Positions 8,313 to 18,813 of a stretch of DNA of 64,000 bases are shown piece after piece. How positions within the stretch are numbered: position 1 is the first letter of the stretch; each line of letters opens with the position of its first letter. The DNA is from a virus. The notes beneath the pieces were generated by a model that was not told the DNA's origin, searched no databases, and worked only from the letters and a program-made list of their open reading frames with translations. The stretch lies in IMG/VR virus record IMGVR_UViG_2645727538_000003. One strand, given 5' to 3'. The position numbers and the translations under genes were made by a program.

Positions 8313-8336
8313 AAGGAGTGTTAATTCACTCCTTTT
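8313..8336. terminator. Hairpin terminator between convergent genes
   Basis: AAGGAGTG-TTAATT-CACTCCTT-TT. Confidence 0.7.
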
Positions 8337-8345
8337 AACTTTGTA

Positions 8346-8843
8346 TTACTCAAATAAATGAATCAAACCCTCTACAATATCATCGCTAGACCACTGCTCT
8401 GTATCCCATGAATATGTATGTAATCCTGCATCGTTCATTACTTCTCTATATAACTCTAAGACCGGTTCAATGTCTCGATCATTTATGTATTCGTCACCGC
8501 GTTCACTTAAACGCTGCTTAATAACTTTCGGATCAGCATGTAAGTAGATCACTTTGGCTTTATCTCTAATCTTCTTCTCGATTGTTCTTTGCTGCTCTTC
8601 TGTTAAGATTGAATAATCCTTGAACTTTCTCGCATAAACCAAATTTGAATATATGTATCGATCAATAATTACATTGTCCTCATCGGCAAGCTTGTTGAAG
8701 TGTTCGAACAGCTTCTTATTTCCGCTCTTGGCCAATTCAAAGCTGGATCCCTTTATTACCGGATATCCGAGTTCTTTGCTTAGCTTATCTGCAACTGTTG
8801 ATTTGTAGCAGCAGTCAGTGCCTTCTAAAATAATCATCGTCAT
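8346..8843 (-). CDS. yorR: Nucleoside monophosphate (dTMP) kinase-like P-loop protein
   Basis: ILEGTDCCYKST P-loop variant; IIDRYIYSNLVY motif. Confidence 0.85.
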   Translation of the reverse strand: MTMIILEGTDCCYKSTVADKLSKELGYPVIKGSSFELAKSGNKKLFEHFNKLADEDNVIIDRYIYSNLVYARKFKDYSILTEEQQRTIEKKIRDKAKVIYLHADPKVIKQRLSERGDEYINDRDIEPVLELYREVMNDAGLHTYSWDTEQWSSDDIVEGLIHLFE

Positions 8844-8998
8844 TTATCTTCCACCCTTCTTACATTGCTGAAGCCTATCACTCTATATGAGCCGTCTGGA
8901 AACTCAACTTCTAATTGCTCATGTCCTTTATCAACTTGCGCAACAACACCAATCTCACCCGTGAAACCTGCAATCACCTTCTCTCCCTTTTTAAACAA
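8840..8998 (-). CDS. yorQ: Small SH3/KOW-like protein (52 aa)
   Basis: Manual ORF from TTG: FKKGEKVIAGFTGEIGVVAQVDKGHEQLEVEFPDGSYRVIGFSNV; ATGA overlap with yorR. Confidence 0.65.
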   Translation of the reverse strand: MFKKGEKVIAGFTGEIGVVAQVDKGHEQLEVEFPDGSYRVIGFSNVRRVEDK

Positions 8999-9002
8999 AC
9001 AA

Positions 9003-9206
9003 TTAACCTCCTTTAGCTGGATTTATTTCATGCTCCTTGAAGAATGTAATATCACCTGTTTCATCACTGACCGCGTAATCATATATGGCAGAGTGCATCA
9101 ACTCAACAATCTTCCCTTCCCGTCCAACATGATGAGGACAAGCACTCTTTGCATTCTCATTTATGATGACTTTTAACCCTTCTAGATAAGACCAAAACTT
9201 CGGCAA
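9003..9206 (-). CDS. yorP: YorP-family protein
   Basis: CPHHVGREGKI...YDYAVSDETGDITFFKEHEI as recalled for SPbeta YorP. Confidence 0.8.
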   Translation of the reverse strand: MPKFWSYLEGLKVIINENAKSACPHHVGREGKIVELMHSAIYDYAVSDETGDITFFKEHEINPAKGG

Positions 9207-9217
9207 TTAACCGCCTC

Positions 9218-9925
9218 CTAACTAATAATCGAGATTGTCCCACTTTGTTTACCAAAATTAACTGCGTCACGCTCGGTTGCTACGAGCAAGTCCACTTTAT
9301 TTCCAACAATTGCGCCACCAGTATCAATTGCTATTGCTTTAAATGTTCTCCCACCAATTCTTACTTCAACTATTGAATTCAATGGAATAACACTTGGATC
9401 AGTTGCAATTACACGATACCCTTTGTAATAGATTGATTGAGTGACATTAACACCTGTTCTAGTTGTTCCTGTGCATCCTTCTTGGCAGTGGGCAATATAA
9501 GCACTCAGCTTAACCTGGATGGTTTTCTTTGCGGCCGGTGGCTTGTTTTCTTTTTCTTCAATACTAATTTTATTTTTATTCTTAAAAAGTTTATGCTTTA
9601 CCGTCTCACCTCCCTTCCTGTGCCTTTTCTTACTTTGCTTAGGTTTAATGAGTTTTGCTGAGATAATCTTCTCTGTATGCCTTTTTAATTGTTGTTCTTT
9701 GTTCGTTTGAGCTTTTTTAAATAGCCGTGAGACAATATTCTCACTTGATGGGATCCTAATCTGTCTAGGCTTCTTATAAAATGATTCTTTTATTGAGTCT
9801 TCATTTCCCTCTGTTTTATGTAAATGTTGCTCATAACTTATGTAAGAAAAAGTGGTTAACGGAATTAAAATCATCATACCATAAACGGATTTGAAAATGT
9901 GTGTTTTTATTTTATTTTTATCCAT
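9218..9925 (-). CDS. yorM: Membrane-anchored 3D-domain cell-wall protein
   Basis: N-terminal TM segment; 3D motif IATDPSVIPLNS...AIDTGGAIVGNKVDL. Confidence 0.85.
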   Translation of the reverse strand: MDKNKIKTHIFKSVYGMMILIPLTTFSYISYEQHLHKTEGNEDSIKESFYKKPRQIRIPSSENIVSRLFKKAQTNKEQQLKRHTEKIISAKLIKPKQSKKRHRKGGETVKHKLFKNKNKISIEEKENKPPAAKKTIQVKLSAYIAHCQEGCTGTTRTGVNVTQSIYYKGYRVIATDPSVIPLNSIVEVRIGGRTFKAIAIDTGGAIVGNKVDLLVATERDAVNFGKQSGTISIIS

Positions 9926-9951
9926 AAAATTTTTATTGATAATCCCGCCTC

Positions 9952-12900
9952 CTATACCTCAGCTCTTTTGGTTGTTAAACTAATATTGCCTTCACTATCA
10001 ACATGATCAATCCTACAGACCGTGTGGCTATAGATGCTGTTCTTATATACTTTAGGAATAAAGTTATTGCCTCTTCTGAATCCAGTAAACATCAGCAGAG
10101 TTCCTCTGGTATACCAAGACTTCTCAACAACCTCTTTCTTGCCGCCGGCAACAGGTCGAGAAATCTGTTTATTATAATGTCCAAAGCTACCAGCCCACTG
10201 TTTAACTGTTACCACCCCTGTAGGTGTAAGGAGTGTAATTGTATGTTTGTTTTTATCCCTGTCTAATACGGTTCCTGCAATCCGAGTTGTTCCATATTCG
10301 TAGAGAGTTCTCCCTCTCCATTGATATGGCTTCCCTTTAATCGGTTCTTCAGGAAGCTCATAAAAATCAGCAATGCCATATTTTTCAAAGTTAATACCAG
10401 AAAGCTCATGATCGTTATAATAATAGCTCAATGAATCCATTTCCCATTTGCCATATGTACCGCTAGCATATTTAATCCACTCATTGTTAAGTAGTCTTCG
10501 ATTTAAAAGATTTAGAGCCTCATCAGTTCCCAACCATTTTTTTAATGCAATCATCTTTTTGTCATATTCTTTTTTGAATGCATTCTCTGAGATTATAAGA
10601 TGTTCATTGTGAAAATCCACCACACAATTTTCATCAAAGTTTTGATTAAAGAACTCAGACGCTGCATCATCTAACAAATAAAGCTTATCATTAGGTGATT
10701 CAATTGTCTTAAAGACTTTCTTTGAAATATATTCTTTAAATTTAAAGCACCTAATTTCTAAAGCAAATTGGTCAGGAATTAAGTCGTTTTCTAACATCAT
10801 ACCTATATTTGCCATGGTTAATTTCTTTTTAGGTTCGGCAATTATTGTGATGTACTTTTTCATGATTTCTTTTCGGTCATCAAAGGTATCAAAGCAGCCT
10901 CCCTTAATCAATTGTATTACTTGGCCTTTTTTGATTTTTCCGGTATAGAATAATTTATCAAGGAATTCTTCAAAGGACTCGTATGGTCTATTTGAAATTA
11001 TTCGGTGAACTATTTCATCTCCAATTCCATTCATGCCCTTCATTCCAAAGATAATTGAATTGTTTTGAATATCAGCTTTAAAACCAAAACCTGCTTTATT
11101 AACATCCGGCAAATCAACCTTTATACCTCGATGGCGTATGCTTCCTATAGCCGAAGCAACTTTCCCATAGTCGGTTTTCTGAGTCTTTTTATTTCCGTCT
11201 TTATCTTCTGTTTGTTCTTCATTTTCAACACCTCCACTGTTAACTGTCAAACAGGCAGTATTCCAGTATAAGGGGTTATATCGATAGTTTAAGTTCAATT
11301 CCTGTAACGCAATAATGGAATACGCTAAAGTATGAAGTAGACTGAAACTGTAGCCAAACTGTCTTTTAAATTGAACATTCCATACATAATTCAAAAGAGC
11401 GTCTGACGCACCACATTCCTTCCCTTTCTTGAAGAACAAGTTCTGAACTTCTTTTAATACATCTTCTTTTTTCTTAGCTATGGATTTTCTTAAATAATTT
11501 GACTCCTTAATATCGAAGCCGGCTATATCTTTATCCATTACCATTTGCATGACAACTTCTTGAGTATCAGCAACTCCATAAATGTCTTTTAAATATCGTT
11601 CAACCACCTTTATCCCAGCATTGCTTAGGCCATAATTGCGCATTTCTTCATACCATAGTGACATATTGTTCTTATACTTTACGTATGTGTCAACAGGTTG
11701 CTCTTCGCTATCAGACATTAACCGCATTAAAGAGTTTGTGACTGCCGCCTCAAGCAGGCTTTTGGGTTTAACTTTAATCACGGATTGGTGGCCGACCTCG
11801 GTCGAAAACTGGAACAAATCCATTACCTCTCCATTACCAGCCATTTCCCACAGCCTTGGATCTTCATATTCGATTACGTCTGGATGTATGTACTTCTTGT
11901 ATGTTTCCTTTAAGTTCCCTTGCCATTCAATTTCTTTGTTCTCGATTAATTGGTCTAAGGTTACTCGAATCTTGTCTAAAGCCTCAATGGTAAGAAGATC
12001 AAACTTTACCGAGCCCATGGCTTCACTATCGCCCATATTAAACTGTGTAATAAAAGCTCCTTTAGGAGTTTTCATCATTGCATTCGACTTCGTGTATTCA
12101 TTGTTAAAGATGATAACGCCAGCTGCGTGAGAAGACCGTTTATTAGTTAACCCTTCAATTTTCAGAGCTGTTTCTTTAAGATTGGGATATTGTTCAACCT
12201 CTCTAATAAACTCTTTCATTGGTTTTCTATTAGTTTCTTTGTCACCATAAAAACAATGCGTTAAAGGCCAGTTAGACCCTCTTTCATAAGGAATCATCCC
12301 ACTTAAATATTCAGATATATCGTTATCTATCCCTAAGCCTCTACATGCTGTCTTAAGCGCTGATTTTGAGCCCTCAGTTCCAAAAGTAGCAATTTGAAGA
12401 ACACGTTTGTCTCCAAATCTTTTTCTAAGTGCCTTAAGAATTTTTTGTCTTTTTGATCCTTCAGTATCAATATCGATATCTGGAAGATCAGGTCTAGATT
12501 TATGTATATGTCTCCAATGTGGTAAATCATATTGCATTGGGTTAAATTGAGTGTTGTCGAGTAAATAGTTAACGAGATATCCTGCCGCACTTCCCCTGGC
12601 TGCCCCAACTAAACTATCTCCACCACACTCATCATCCCAAATAATATTAATTATTTCTCTGACTGTTATGTAATAAGAAGGCATAGACTGGTTTAGCTTT
12701 TGGCTAATTTCCCAAAGCTCTCCTAGCTCAACATTAATCCTATTTAATATTTTGTGAAATGCTTCCTTTGTTAGTTCATTTGTTTTCAGCTTATCATCAA
12801 ATCCATCTTCAATTAATTTCAAGAGATATCTGTCCTGCTCATCTTTTGATTCAGACATCTTCTTTATGTACTCATACTCATTATATGCTGGTTTAAATAA

Positions 12901-13881
12901 ATGCCTTAATTTAAACTGTGGTAGCTCCATTTTTGGAATAATTGGTTCGTGCTCAATAGTATAGTCTTCGATCATCTCTCCAATTAGTAATGTGTTTTCA
13001 ATGGCCTCATTGATGATCTCTTTGTCCATGTAGTCCATTCTCTCATGAATTTCATCAACATTCTGAACAAAACATGCCTCATAAAAAGAGTCGACTTCTC
13101 TCTCTCCATCCTTGGCGTTTAAAAAGGCTTGATGAATTGCCCTGTCTTCCGGTCTAAGAAAGTGTGCATCAGTTGTGACTATCATTTTTAATCCATAGCC
13201 GTTAGCTATATCAACAAGTTTCTTATTACAATAAATCTGCTCTTCACTTAAAGCTGGCTGAAGCTCAATAAAGAACTTATCTTTCCCAAAGACTTTTACA
13301 CACCATGTTATAAACTCATGAATTTTTAATTTGTGCTGCTTGATTGACTGAATGTCTCCACTTTCTTCGCATTCTTTGATTCTGAGTAAATTGATATTCA
13401 CCTCAGAGCCGAGACAAGCTGTTGTAGCGATAATGTGACCTGGATCTTTACTAAGCAGTTCTTCTACATCCTTTTTTACTGTTGGCACTCTTTCCATTGT
13501 TCCTGTGTAAAATGAATTTCCCCAGGCTTGTGAAGACAGTATTCTTAGCTGCTCATGTCCTATAGGGTCAATTGCCAACATTAAAAAGTGCGGAAACTTT
13601 GTCTGTCCTGACTTATAGTTATCACGGACTTCTTCCAGTGAATCGACTAAATATGCTTCATTCCCAAGTATGAGTTTAAAATCTGCAGGCATATCCCCTT
13701 TTTTCTTCATTTCTCTGACAGTCTTAATTGCTTCCAAATGCGCTGAAAGAACCTCATGGTCAGTTATGGCCAATCCTTTATAATTCATCTGAACCGCTGT
13801 CTTAAGCAATTCTCCAACTGAGTTTGTTGAATCGAGTAGCCTTATGTTACTTTTATCAGTGTGGCAGTGACATCCAATCAA
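9952..13881 (-). CDS. yorL: DNA polymerase III alpha subunit (DnaE-type)
   Basis: PHP domain HCHTDKS/AITDHE; RGSAAG; PDLPDIDID; KFDLL; C-terminal OB fold. Confidence 0.97.
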   Translation of the reverse strand: MIGCHCHTDKSNIRLLDSTNSVGELLKTAVQMNYKGLAITDHEVLSAHLEAIKTVREMKKKGDMPADFKLILGNEAYLVDSLEEVRDNYKSGQTKFPHFLMLAIDPIGHEQLRILSSQAWGNSFYTGTMERVPTVKKDVEELLSKDPGHIIATTACLGSEVNINLLRIKECEESGDIQSIKQHKLKIHEFITWCVKVFGKDKFFIELQPALSEEQIYCNKKLVDIANGYGLKMIVTTDAHFLRPEDRAIHQAFLNAKDGEREVDSFYEACFVQNVDEIHERMDYMDKEIINEAIENTLLIGEMIEDYTIEHEPIIPKMELPQFKLRHLFKPAYNEYEYIKKMSESKDEQDRYLLKLIEDGFDDKLKTNELTKEAFHKILNRINVELGELWEISQKLNQSMPSYYITVREIINIIWDDECGGDSLVGAARGSAAGYLVNYLLDNTQFNPMQYDLPHWRHIHKSRPDLPDIDIDTEGSKRQKILKALRKRFGDKRVLQIATFGTEGSKSALKTACRGLGIDNDISEYLSGMIPYERGSNWPLTHCFYGDKETNRKPMKEFIREVEQYPNLKETALKIEGLTNKRSSHAAGVIIFNNEYTKSNAMMKTPKGAFITQFNMGDSEAMGSVKFDLLTIEALDKIRVTLDQLIENKEIEWQGNLKETYKKYIHPDVIEYEDPRLWEMAGNGEVMDLFQFSTEVGHQSVIKVKPKSLLEAAVTNSLMRLMSDSEEQPVDTYVKYKNNMSLWYEEMRNYGLSNAGIKVVERYLKDIYGVADTQEVVMQMVMDKDIAGFDIKESNYLRKSIAKKKEDVLKEVQNLFFKKGKECGASDALLNYVWNVQFKRQFGYSFSLLHTLAYSIIALQELNLNYRYNPLYWNTACLTVNSGGVENEEQTEDKDGNKKTQKTDYGKVASAIGSIRHRGIKVDLPDVNKAGFGFKADIQNNSIIFGMKGMNGIGDEIVHRIISNRPYESFEEFLDKLFYTGKIKKGQVIQLIKGGCFDTFDDRKEIMKKYITIIAEPKKKLTMANIGMMLENDLIPDQFALEIRCFKFKEYISKKVFKTIESPNDKLYLLDDAASEFFNQNFDENCVVDFHNEHLIISENAFKKEYDKKMIALKKWLGTDEALNLLNRRLLNNEWIKYASGTYGKWEMDSLSYYYNDHELSGINFEKYGIADFYELPEEPIKGKPYQWRGRTLYEYGTTRIAGTVLDRDKNKHTITLLTPTGVVTVKQWAGSFGHYNKQISRPVAGGKKEVVEKSWYTRGTLLMFTGFRRGNNFIPKVYKNSIYSHTVCRIDHVDSEGNISLTTKRAEV

Positions 13882-13893
13882 TTTTCATCCCCC

Positions 13894-15621
13894 TTAAAAC
13901 ACAAGCTCTTTTTTCTTTGTACGAACCACCTCCAAGTCATAAATTTCAATTTGAGGTGTTTGTCTACCCTTATATTCATTTACCCTTGCCTTACCAACAA
14001 CATTAAGTATTAAAGTTCCATTTGATTGAGTAAGTTTCTCAAAGTATTCCGTATCGCTTTTAAAGCGTATGTATTCAATATCTCCATGTTTAAACTTGAC
14101 TGTTGTCTTGTTCTTTTTCCCGATGTGTTCAATTTGATCAACATCAACTTCTAGTTCTGTTATTGCCACTAATGGTTCTTCGACCTTATAGCCCCAATAA
14201 TCTTTATAGCTATACAGCTTAATTAAAAATTCCTTTCTAAGTTGATTAGCCGGTATCTCAAAGTCAACATTTTGAACTTCTTCACCTGTCTCTACATCTT
14301 TAAATTTTTCATTTAGAACTTCATTAACCAAAATCAAGTTTTCACGCTTGATTGCAAATCCGGCTGCATTTGGATGGCCTTCAACAAATTCAAACAGCCC
14401 AGTATCTGTTAGCTCTTTTTTAAAATCTTTGATGTAGCCAGTCTCATACCCTCGAATAGACCCGCTCAACATCCCTTCTTCTTCATCGCTTTTTCTAGCC
14501 AGCAAAACTGGCTTTTTATATTCACCTGCAAGTACGTTTGCTACTAGCCCAGTCAAGCTTTTATCCAAAATTCCCTCAGTGTAGACTATAAGCACTTTAT
14601 TAGCTACCAAATTCTTTTCTTCAACTCTGTTTTTAATTTCCACTGTAGCTGCATCAACAATGCGTTTCTGTTTAGCTTTAAGGTTCCCCAAAATCCTGAC
14701 TGTGTCATCGTGAATTGACACGAGATTGATTTCATCTTGTCCACGTTTCTTATATGGAACTTTTTCTTTAGACAACAGAAACGATCTCAACAATTGATCT
14801 TTTTCTTCACTGCTACCGACCCTTATAGCTGCGTTAATTAATGGATTAATAAAGAACTGTGTGTTCTGTATGTTTGTGCAACCCTTGGTTGAAAACTCTT
14901 GTTTTTTAAAGAGCTTTTTGATTAGTGGATGCTTAATGTTCCTTAAGCCTTCATTCATAAAGTACCTGGTCTCTAGATTTCTTGAATCAGCTGAATCGGC
15001 TATATTACCAATAGAAACAAGATCTAAAAATTGTTCTGCTTTGGTTTTGCCTAGCTTATAATCAATGGCCTGGCAAAGCTTATATGCCATTCCAGCACCC
15101 GTTAATGTTTTGTTTGAATACTCAGTCGAGAGCTGATTGTTGACGACTATAGCGTGTTTAGATTCTCTTTCACATTCATGATGGTCAATAACAATTACAT
15201 CTACGCCATTCTTTTTTAGCTCCTCATGTTCATCAAATTGACCTGATCCAGCATCCGGAATTAAAACTAAGTCGACATCATCAGGAATTGTATCAATGAA
15301 AATGCCGTGCTCTTTATCTTCATGAATCCGGTATCGTATGTCAGCTTTCGGATAAATTGCTTTTATGTAATTGATAATGATTGAACTGGATGTGTACCCA
15401 TCTACATCGCTATCCACTTGAACAAATATTTTATTTTTATTCTCTAAATGCTTTATTAAACAATCAGCTGCTTTATCAATGTTGTTGAGTTTTGAAAAAT
15501 GAATGACTGAGCTCTGGTTCACATCAATAAAGCTCTTCGGATTTTCAATCCCTCTGTTTTTTAAAATTGTCGATAATGGATTGAAATTATAATCATTGTT
15601 GCCAATGAGCTTATAAGCCAC
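13894..15621 (-). CDS. yorK: RecJ-like DHH ssDNA exonuclease
   Basis: DSDVDG, IDHH and GHPNAAG motifs. Confidence 0.93.
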   Translation of the reverse strand: MAYKLIGNNDYNFNPLSTILKNRGIENPKSFIDVNQSSVIHFSKLNNIDKAADCLIKHLENKNKIFVQVDSDVDGYTSSSIIINYIKAIYPKADIRYRIHEDKEHGIFIDTIPDDVDLVLIPDAGSGQFDEHEELKKNGVDVIVIDHHECERESKHAIVVNNQLSTEYSNKTLTGAGMAYKLCQAIDYKLGKTKAEQFLDLVSIGNIADSADSRNLETRYFMNEGLRNIKHPLIKKLFKKQEFSTKGCTNIQNTQFFINPLINAAIRVGSSEEKDQLLRSFLLSKEKVPYKKRGQDEINLVSIHDDTVRILGNLKAKQKRIVDAATVEIKNRVEEKNLVANKVLIVYTEGILDKSLTGLVANVLAGEYKKPVLLARKSDEEEGMLSGSIRGYETGYIKDFKKELTDTGLFEFVEGHPNAAGFAIKRENLILVNEVLNEKFKDVETGEEVQNVDFEIPANQLRKEFLIKLYSYKDYWGYKVEEPLVAITELEVDVDQIEHIGKKNKTTVKFKHGDIEYIRFKSDTEYFEKLTQSNGTLILNVVGKARVNEYKGRQTPQIEIYDLEVVRTKKKELVF

Positions 15622-16757
15622 TAAATCCCTCCTTCATTCGTATTGATTTCAATTTTTCTTCTCATCAACTCCTCTAAAACGTCTTTTCCCTTATCAGCTG
15701 GACTGTCTTTATAATCCAATATGTTTTCAAAATCCCATAAAACATACACACGAACATACGGCGTAAATTTTGCTGCAAGCTTCAAGATTTTTTTCTGATA
15801 CTCAAGCAGTTTACGTTGATACATCTCCTCTGTCTCATGCTCTTTCGGTGGTCTATATTTATCTAAAGCAATAAACACTTCTTCCACTCCAAGAGAAAGT
15901 AAGATATCACGGTGAAAATTTGAAATGTTGTTTGAACAGACTGCACATGTGAAATTTGCTTCACCATAAAAGTCCTGGCATTTTAAAACAGACTTTTCAG
16001 ATTCAAAAATTAAGGCTTTTTTAAACCTTTCAATTGAATCTTTTGTTTTATGTAATCCATATAAATTCATCATGGTCTGATGATTATACAGGGTGTTCCC
16101 AACTTTTAAAGGCATATATTTATAGCCGGCATCAACTTCCTCTTTAATAAGAGATCGTCTACGTATGCCAATCAATCTATTATTTAAGTCCCGATGTGGA
16201 ATAGATATCCCTTCTGTGTGAGTTCTAAAATAGTAGCCAATTTCAAAGTCATTTAATGTTTGCATGCTGATTCCTTCGTCCAGCCACATTTGATGAGGAT
16301 AAGGCAAAAACACATCTAAAACAGTTTCATTGAAGCTGGGAAGTTCAATGTCTATCTTTTTCTTCTTATTGAACTTCCCCATCCATTCCCAGTCATCAAT
16401 TAAATTATTGTTCGTGAATGTCTCTCTATTACCGAAACCAAATGTTCTCCCAGCTAGCCTTGCAACATACTCAATAGCTTGATTGAAAGGTATATTGATC
16501 CCTTTTTGTCTTTTTGCTCGTATTACAAGCTCAAAGACATCGAATGTGTCTCCACATTCTGTATAGCAATGAAATTGCTTTGCTTCGTGGTAATAATACA
16601 GCTTGTAGCTTCCACCAGAAGCATTATGGCAAACGGTTCTGTATATTGGGTTTCCTTGTTGATCCCATTGATTATTTTCGCTACCCAATTCTTTTAATAT
16701 TTTATGTATATCCTCAACCGTAAGACTTTCTTTTATTCTGTCCTTATCATATTTCAA
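15621..16757 (-). CDS. yorJ: DNA primase-like protein (zinc finger plus TOPRIM)
   Basis: CHN...HCYTECG zinc-binding region; FESEKS and ALDK TOPRIM-type acidic residues. Confidence 0.88.
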   Translation of the reverse strand: MKYDKDRIKESLTVEDIHKILKELGSENNQWDQQGNPIYRTVCHNASGGSYKLYYYHEAKQFHCYTECGDTFDVFELVIRAKRQKGINIPFNQAIEYVARLAGRTFGFGNRETFTNNNLIDDWEWMGKFNKKKKIDIELPSFNETVLDVFLPYPHQMWLDEGISMQTLNDFEIGYYFRTHTEGISIPHRDLNNRLIGIRRRSLIKEEVDAGYKYMPLKVGNTLYNHQTMMNLYGLHKTKDSIERFKKALIFESEKSVLKCQDFYGEANFTCAVCSNNISNFHRDILLSLGVEEVFIALDKYRPPKEHETEEMYQRKLLEYQKKILKLAAKFTPYVRVYVLWDFENILDYKDSPADKGKDVLEELMRRKIEINTNEGGI

Positions 16758-16772
16758 AGGGTGCTACACCCC

Positions 16773-18287
16773 TTATCCTGCTTTAATATTCAATTTTTCA
16801 ACTGTAATTAATTCATTATCGAGATTTGTTGTGAAACAATCCTTGATCCGCATATTCCCCATATTTATATGGGAGAAGACTTTTACTTTGTCGTACTCAT
16901 TTCCCCTGTTTTTAAACACGTGTGTAACAAAATTTGGCTCTGGATAAAATCCTGCTTTTAAGATTGGCTCAATTGCATCCTTCTCTTTTTTACTTAAAGG
17001 AAGAATAATCATTGCACCATCAGTCTTATCGGCAATAGCTTTACTTCCTCTCAGATAAGATGCGTCTATTACTTGTCCTTTTTGCCATGCCTCTTTCCAA
17101 TCACCATTTAACTGAGTAGCACTCATCATATAAACATCGTATTTGTTACATAAGCCCTTTAACTTATCAGACATAAGCAAAAGGATTTGATCCTCTCTTA
17201 GGTTTACCCCGCTTTTTTTACTCATCTCCGAAAAAATTGTCACTGATGAGTGAATATAATCAAAGTAAATGTACTCAACATTATTTTTAATTACATTCTT
17301 TTCAATCGTTCTCTCGATCTCTTGGATATTGAAATCAGGAAGATGCTCGAACCAAATATTAGACTGCTGAAGTACTTTAGCAGCTTTGCGCACAAGCTGT
17401 TTTTCTTGCTCATTGATCGTATTTCTAAGTATTTTTTTCTCTTCTACGCCACTAATATAGGCAAGTGCCAAGCTTTGCAATTCCTCTGCCATCATTTCCG
17501 TTGAGATGACCGTGGAACTTTTATTCCAAGGATTTTTCACCCATTCTTTCTTTTTAAGGTCGTACAACTCAGTTGCACTTAATCGACAAGCATCAGCAAC
17601 CATATTCCTTGTTTTACCTCCGCCTGTAATACTTGAACGAATGTAAAACTTTTTCTTACGAGACCCACGGAAAATTGACGTAAGCATTTCACTATTTAAT
17701 GGCACTCCAATATCTGGTGACTCCTCAAAAGAATCTAATAACTCATCAATGCCTTCTCCACCTTGAATTCCCACACTTTCAGATGAGGTTCGAAACTTCT
17801 CTTTTACATCTACAATCTTCATTTCATAAGTTGCTAGAATTTCATCAATCGATTTCTTATCAAACTGTTCCTGCATTTTTTCTTGTTCTTTTGGATCAAT
17901 TATAGTTTCATCATAAATCTCCTTGATATCGAAACCTAAGCCGCTCATTTCTCTGAGCAAACTAAACTTTTTTAGTCTTTTGTAGTGGTAATCAAAGTTT
18001 TCGACTACAGCCAGCTCTTGAATTCTCTCGATGTATTCAAGGCCATTGTTGTCATGAAAAATCTTATATTGAATGTCGTAATCTTTTAGATATCCATCTA
18101 TCTCAACCTCATTCAATACTTCCGTCCCTTGCTGGAATAAGTTACTCATAGCAAAAAACAGTATTGAGTGAAATCTTGAAGGGAAATCATCCGAAGTAAT
18201 CCTATACTTGTTGCTTTCAGATAAGATTGTGGGATCCTTAAGTATGCTTCCTAAAACCTGAATAATTGCTTTTTTGTCTTGTAGCAA
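16773..18287 (-). CDS. yorI: DnaB-like replicative helicase
   Basis: Walker A SITGGGKT; STEM; FDYIH; ATQLN; GSKAIADKTD. Confidence 0.92.
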   Translation of the reverse strand: MLQDKKAIIQVLGSILKDPTILSESNKYRITSDDFPSRFHSILFFAMSNLFQQGTEVLNEVEIDGYLKDYDIQYKIFHDNNGLEYIERIQELAVVENFDYHYKRLKKFSLLREMSGLGFDIKEIYDETIIDPKEQEKMQEQFDKKSIDEILATYEMKIVDVKEKFRTSSESVGIQGGEGIDELLDSFEESPDIGVPLNSEMLTSIFRGSRKKKFYIRSSITGGGKTRNMVADACRLSATELYDLKKKEWVKNPWNKSSTVISTEMMAEELQSLALAYISGVEEKKILRNTINEQEKQLVRKAAKVLQQSNIWFEHLPDFNIQEIERTIEKNVIKNNVEYIYFDYIHSSVTIFSEMSKKSGVNLREDQILLLMSDKLKGLCNKYDVYMMSATQLNGDWKEAWQKGQVIDASYLRGSKAIADKTDGAMIILPLSKKEKDAIEPILKAGFYPEPNFVTHVFKNRGNEYDKVKVFSHINMGNMRIKDCFTTNLDNELITVEKLNIKAG

Positions 18288-18301
18288 ACGGACTCTCCTT
18301 C

Positions 18302-18772
18302 CTATAGCGTTGAGATGTCAACAAGTCCCCTTTTCTTTCTCAATCCCTTTTTTATAATTAACGTGATTTCTTCTCTTTTGTGATTCTTAGGGTCTTCGGC
18401 TGATTTTTGGATTGCCTTTTGTTTTATGTAATGTCGCTTAGCCTCGTCATATACAAAAGGGACGATTCCAATGCCGTCACCTTCTCTTGGATGATTCTCC
18501 AGTGTTTCATAAAAGTACTTAAGCGCAAGCTCGATTCCTTTTAGCTTATACCCATATTCCTCTTGAAACTCTTTGATCTGTTTTAGCATCATACCTGTCG
18601 GAGATGCAAGACCATATAAGTTGCATATGTATTGAAGTAAATCTTTTCGATGGTCTGCCTCTTGTCTCCACGTGTTGAAGCACTGTTCATGGTAGTATCT
18701 TTTTTTATAAGGAATCGCTAAATCCTTATCTAATTTAGTCTCACAATATGGACATTTGACTTGTCTTCCCAA
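18302..18772 (-). CDS. yorH: Zinc-finger replication-associated protein
   Basis: CPYC and HEQC at the N-terminus; between yorG and yorI. Confidence 0.75.
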   Translation of the reverse strand: MGRQVKCPYCETKLDKDLAIPYKKRYYHEQCFNTWRQEADHRKDLLQYICNLYGLASPTGMMLKQIKEFQEEYGYKLKGIELALKYFYETLENHPREGDGIGIVPFVYDEAKRHYIKQKAIQKSAEDPKNHKREEITLIIKKGLRKKRGLVDISTL

Positions 18773-18813
18773 ATAATCACCCCTAATAAGGAGGAGGGAA
18801 TAATCCCCCCAGT

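Noticed and set aside
9952-13881. Possible intein or intron in DnaE
   Set aside because: Continuous 1309-aa ORF of ordinary length with no intein N- or C-terminal motifs or LAGLIDADG block.
10003-17905. Plus-strand ORFs inside the replication genes (e.g. 11636..12130, 164 aa)
   Set aside because: Antisense to dnaE, recJ, primase and helicase; no independent signals or motifs.
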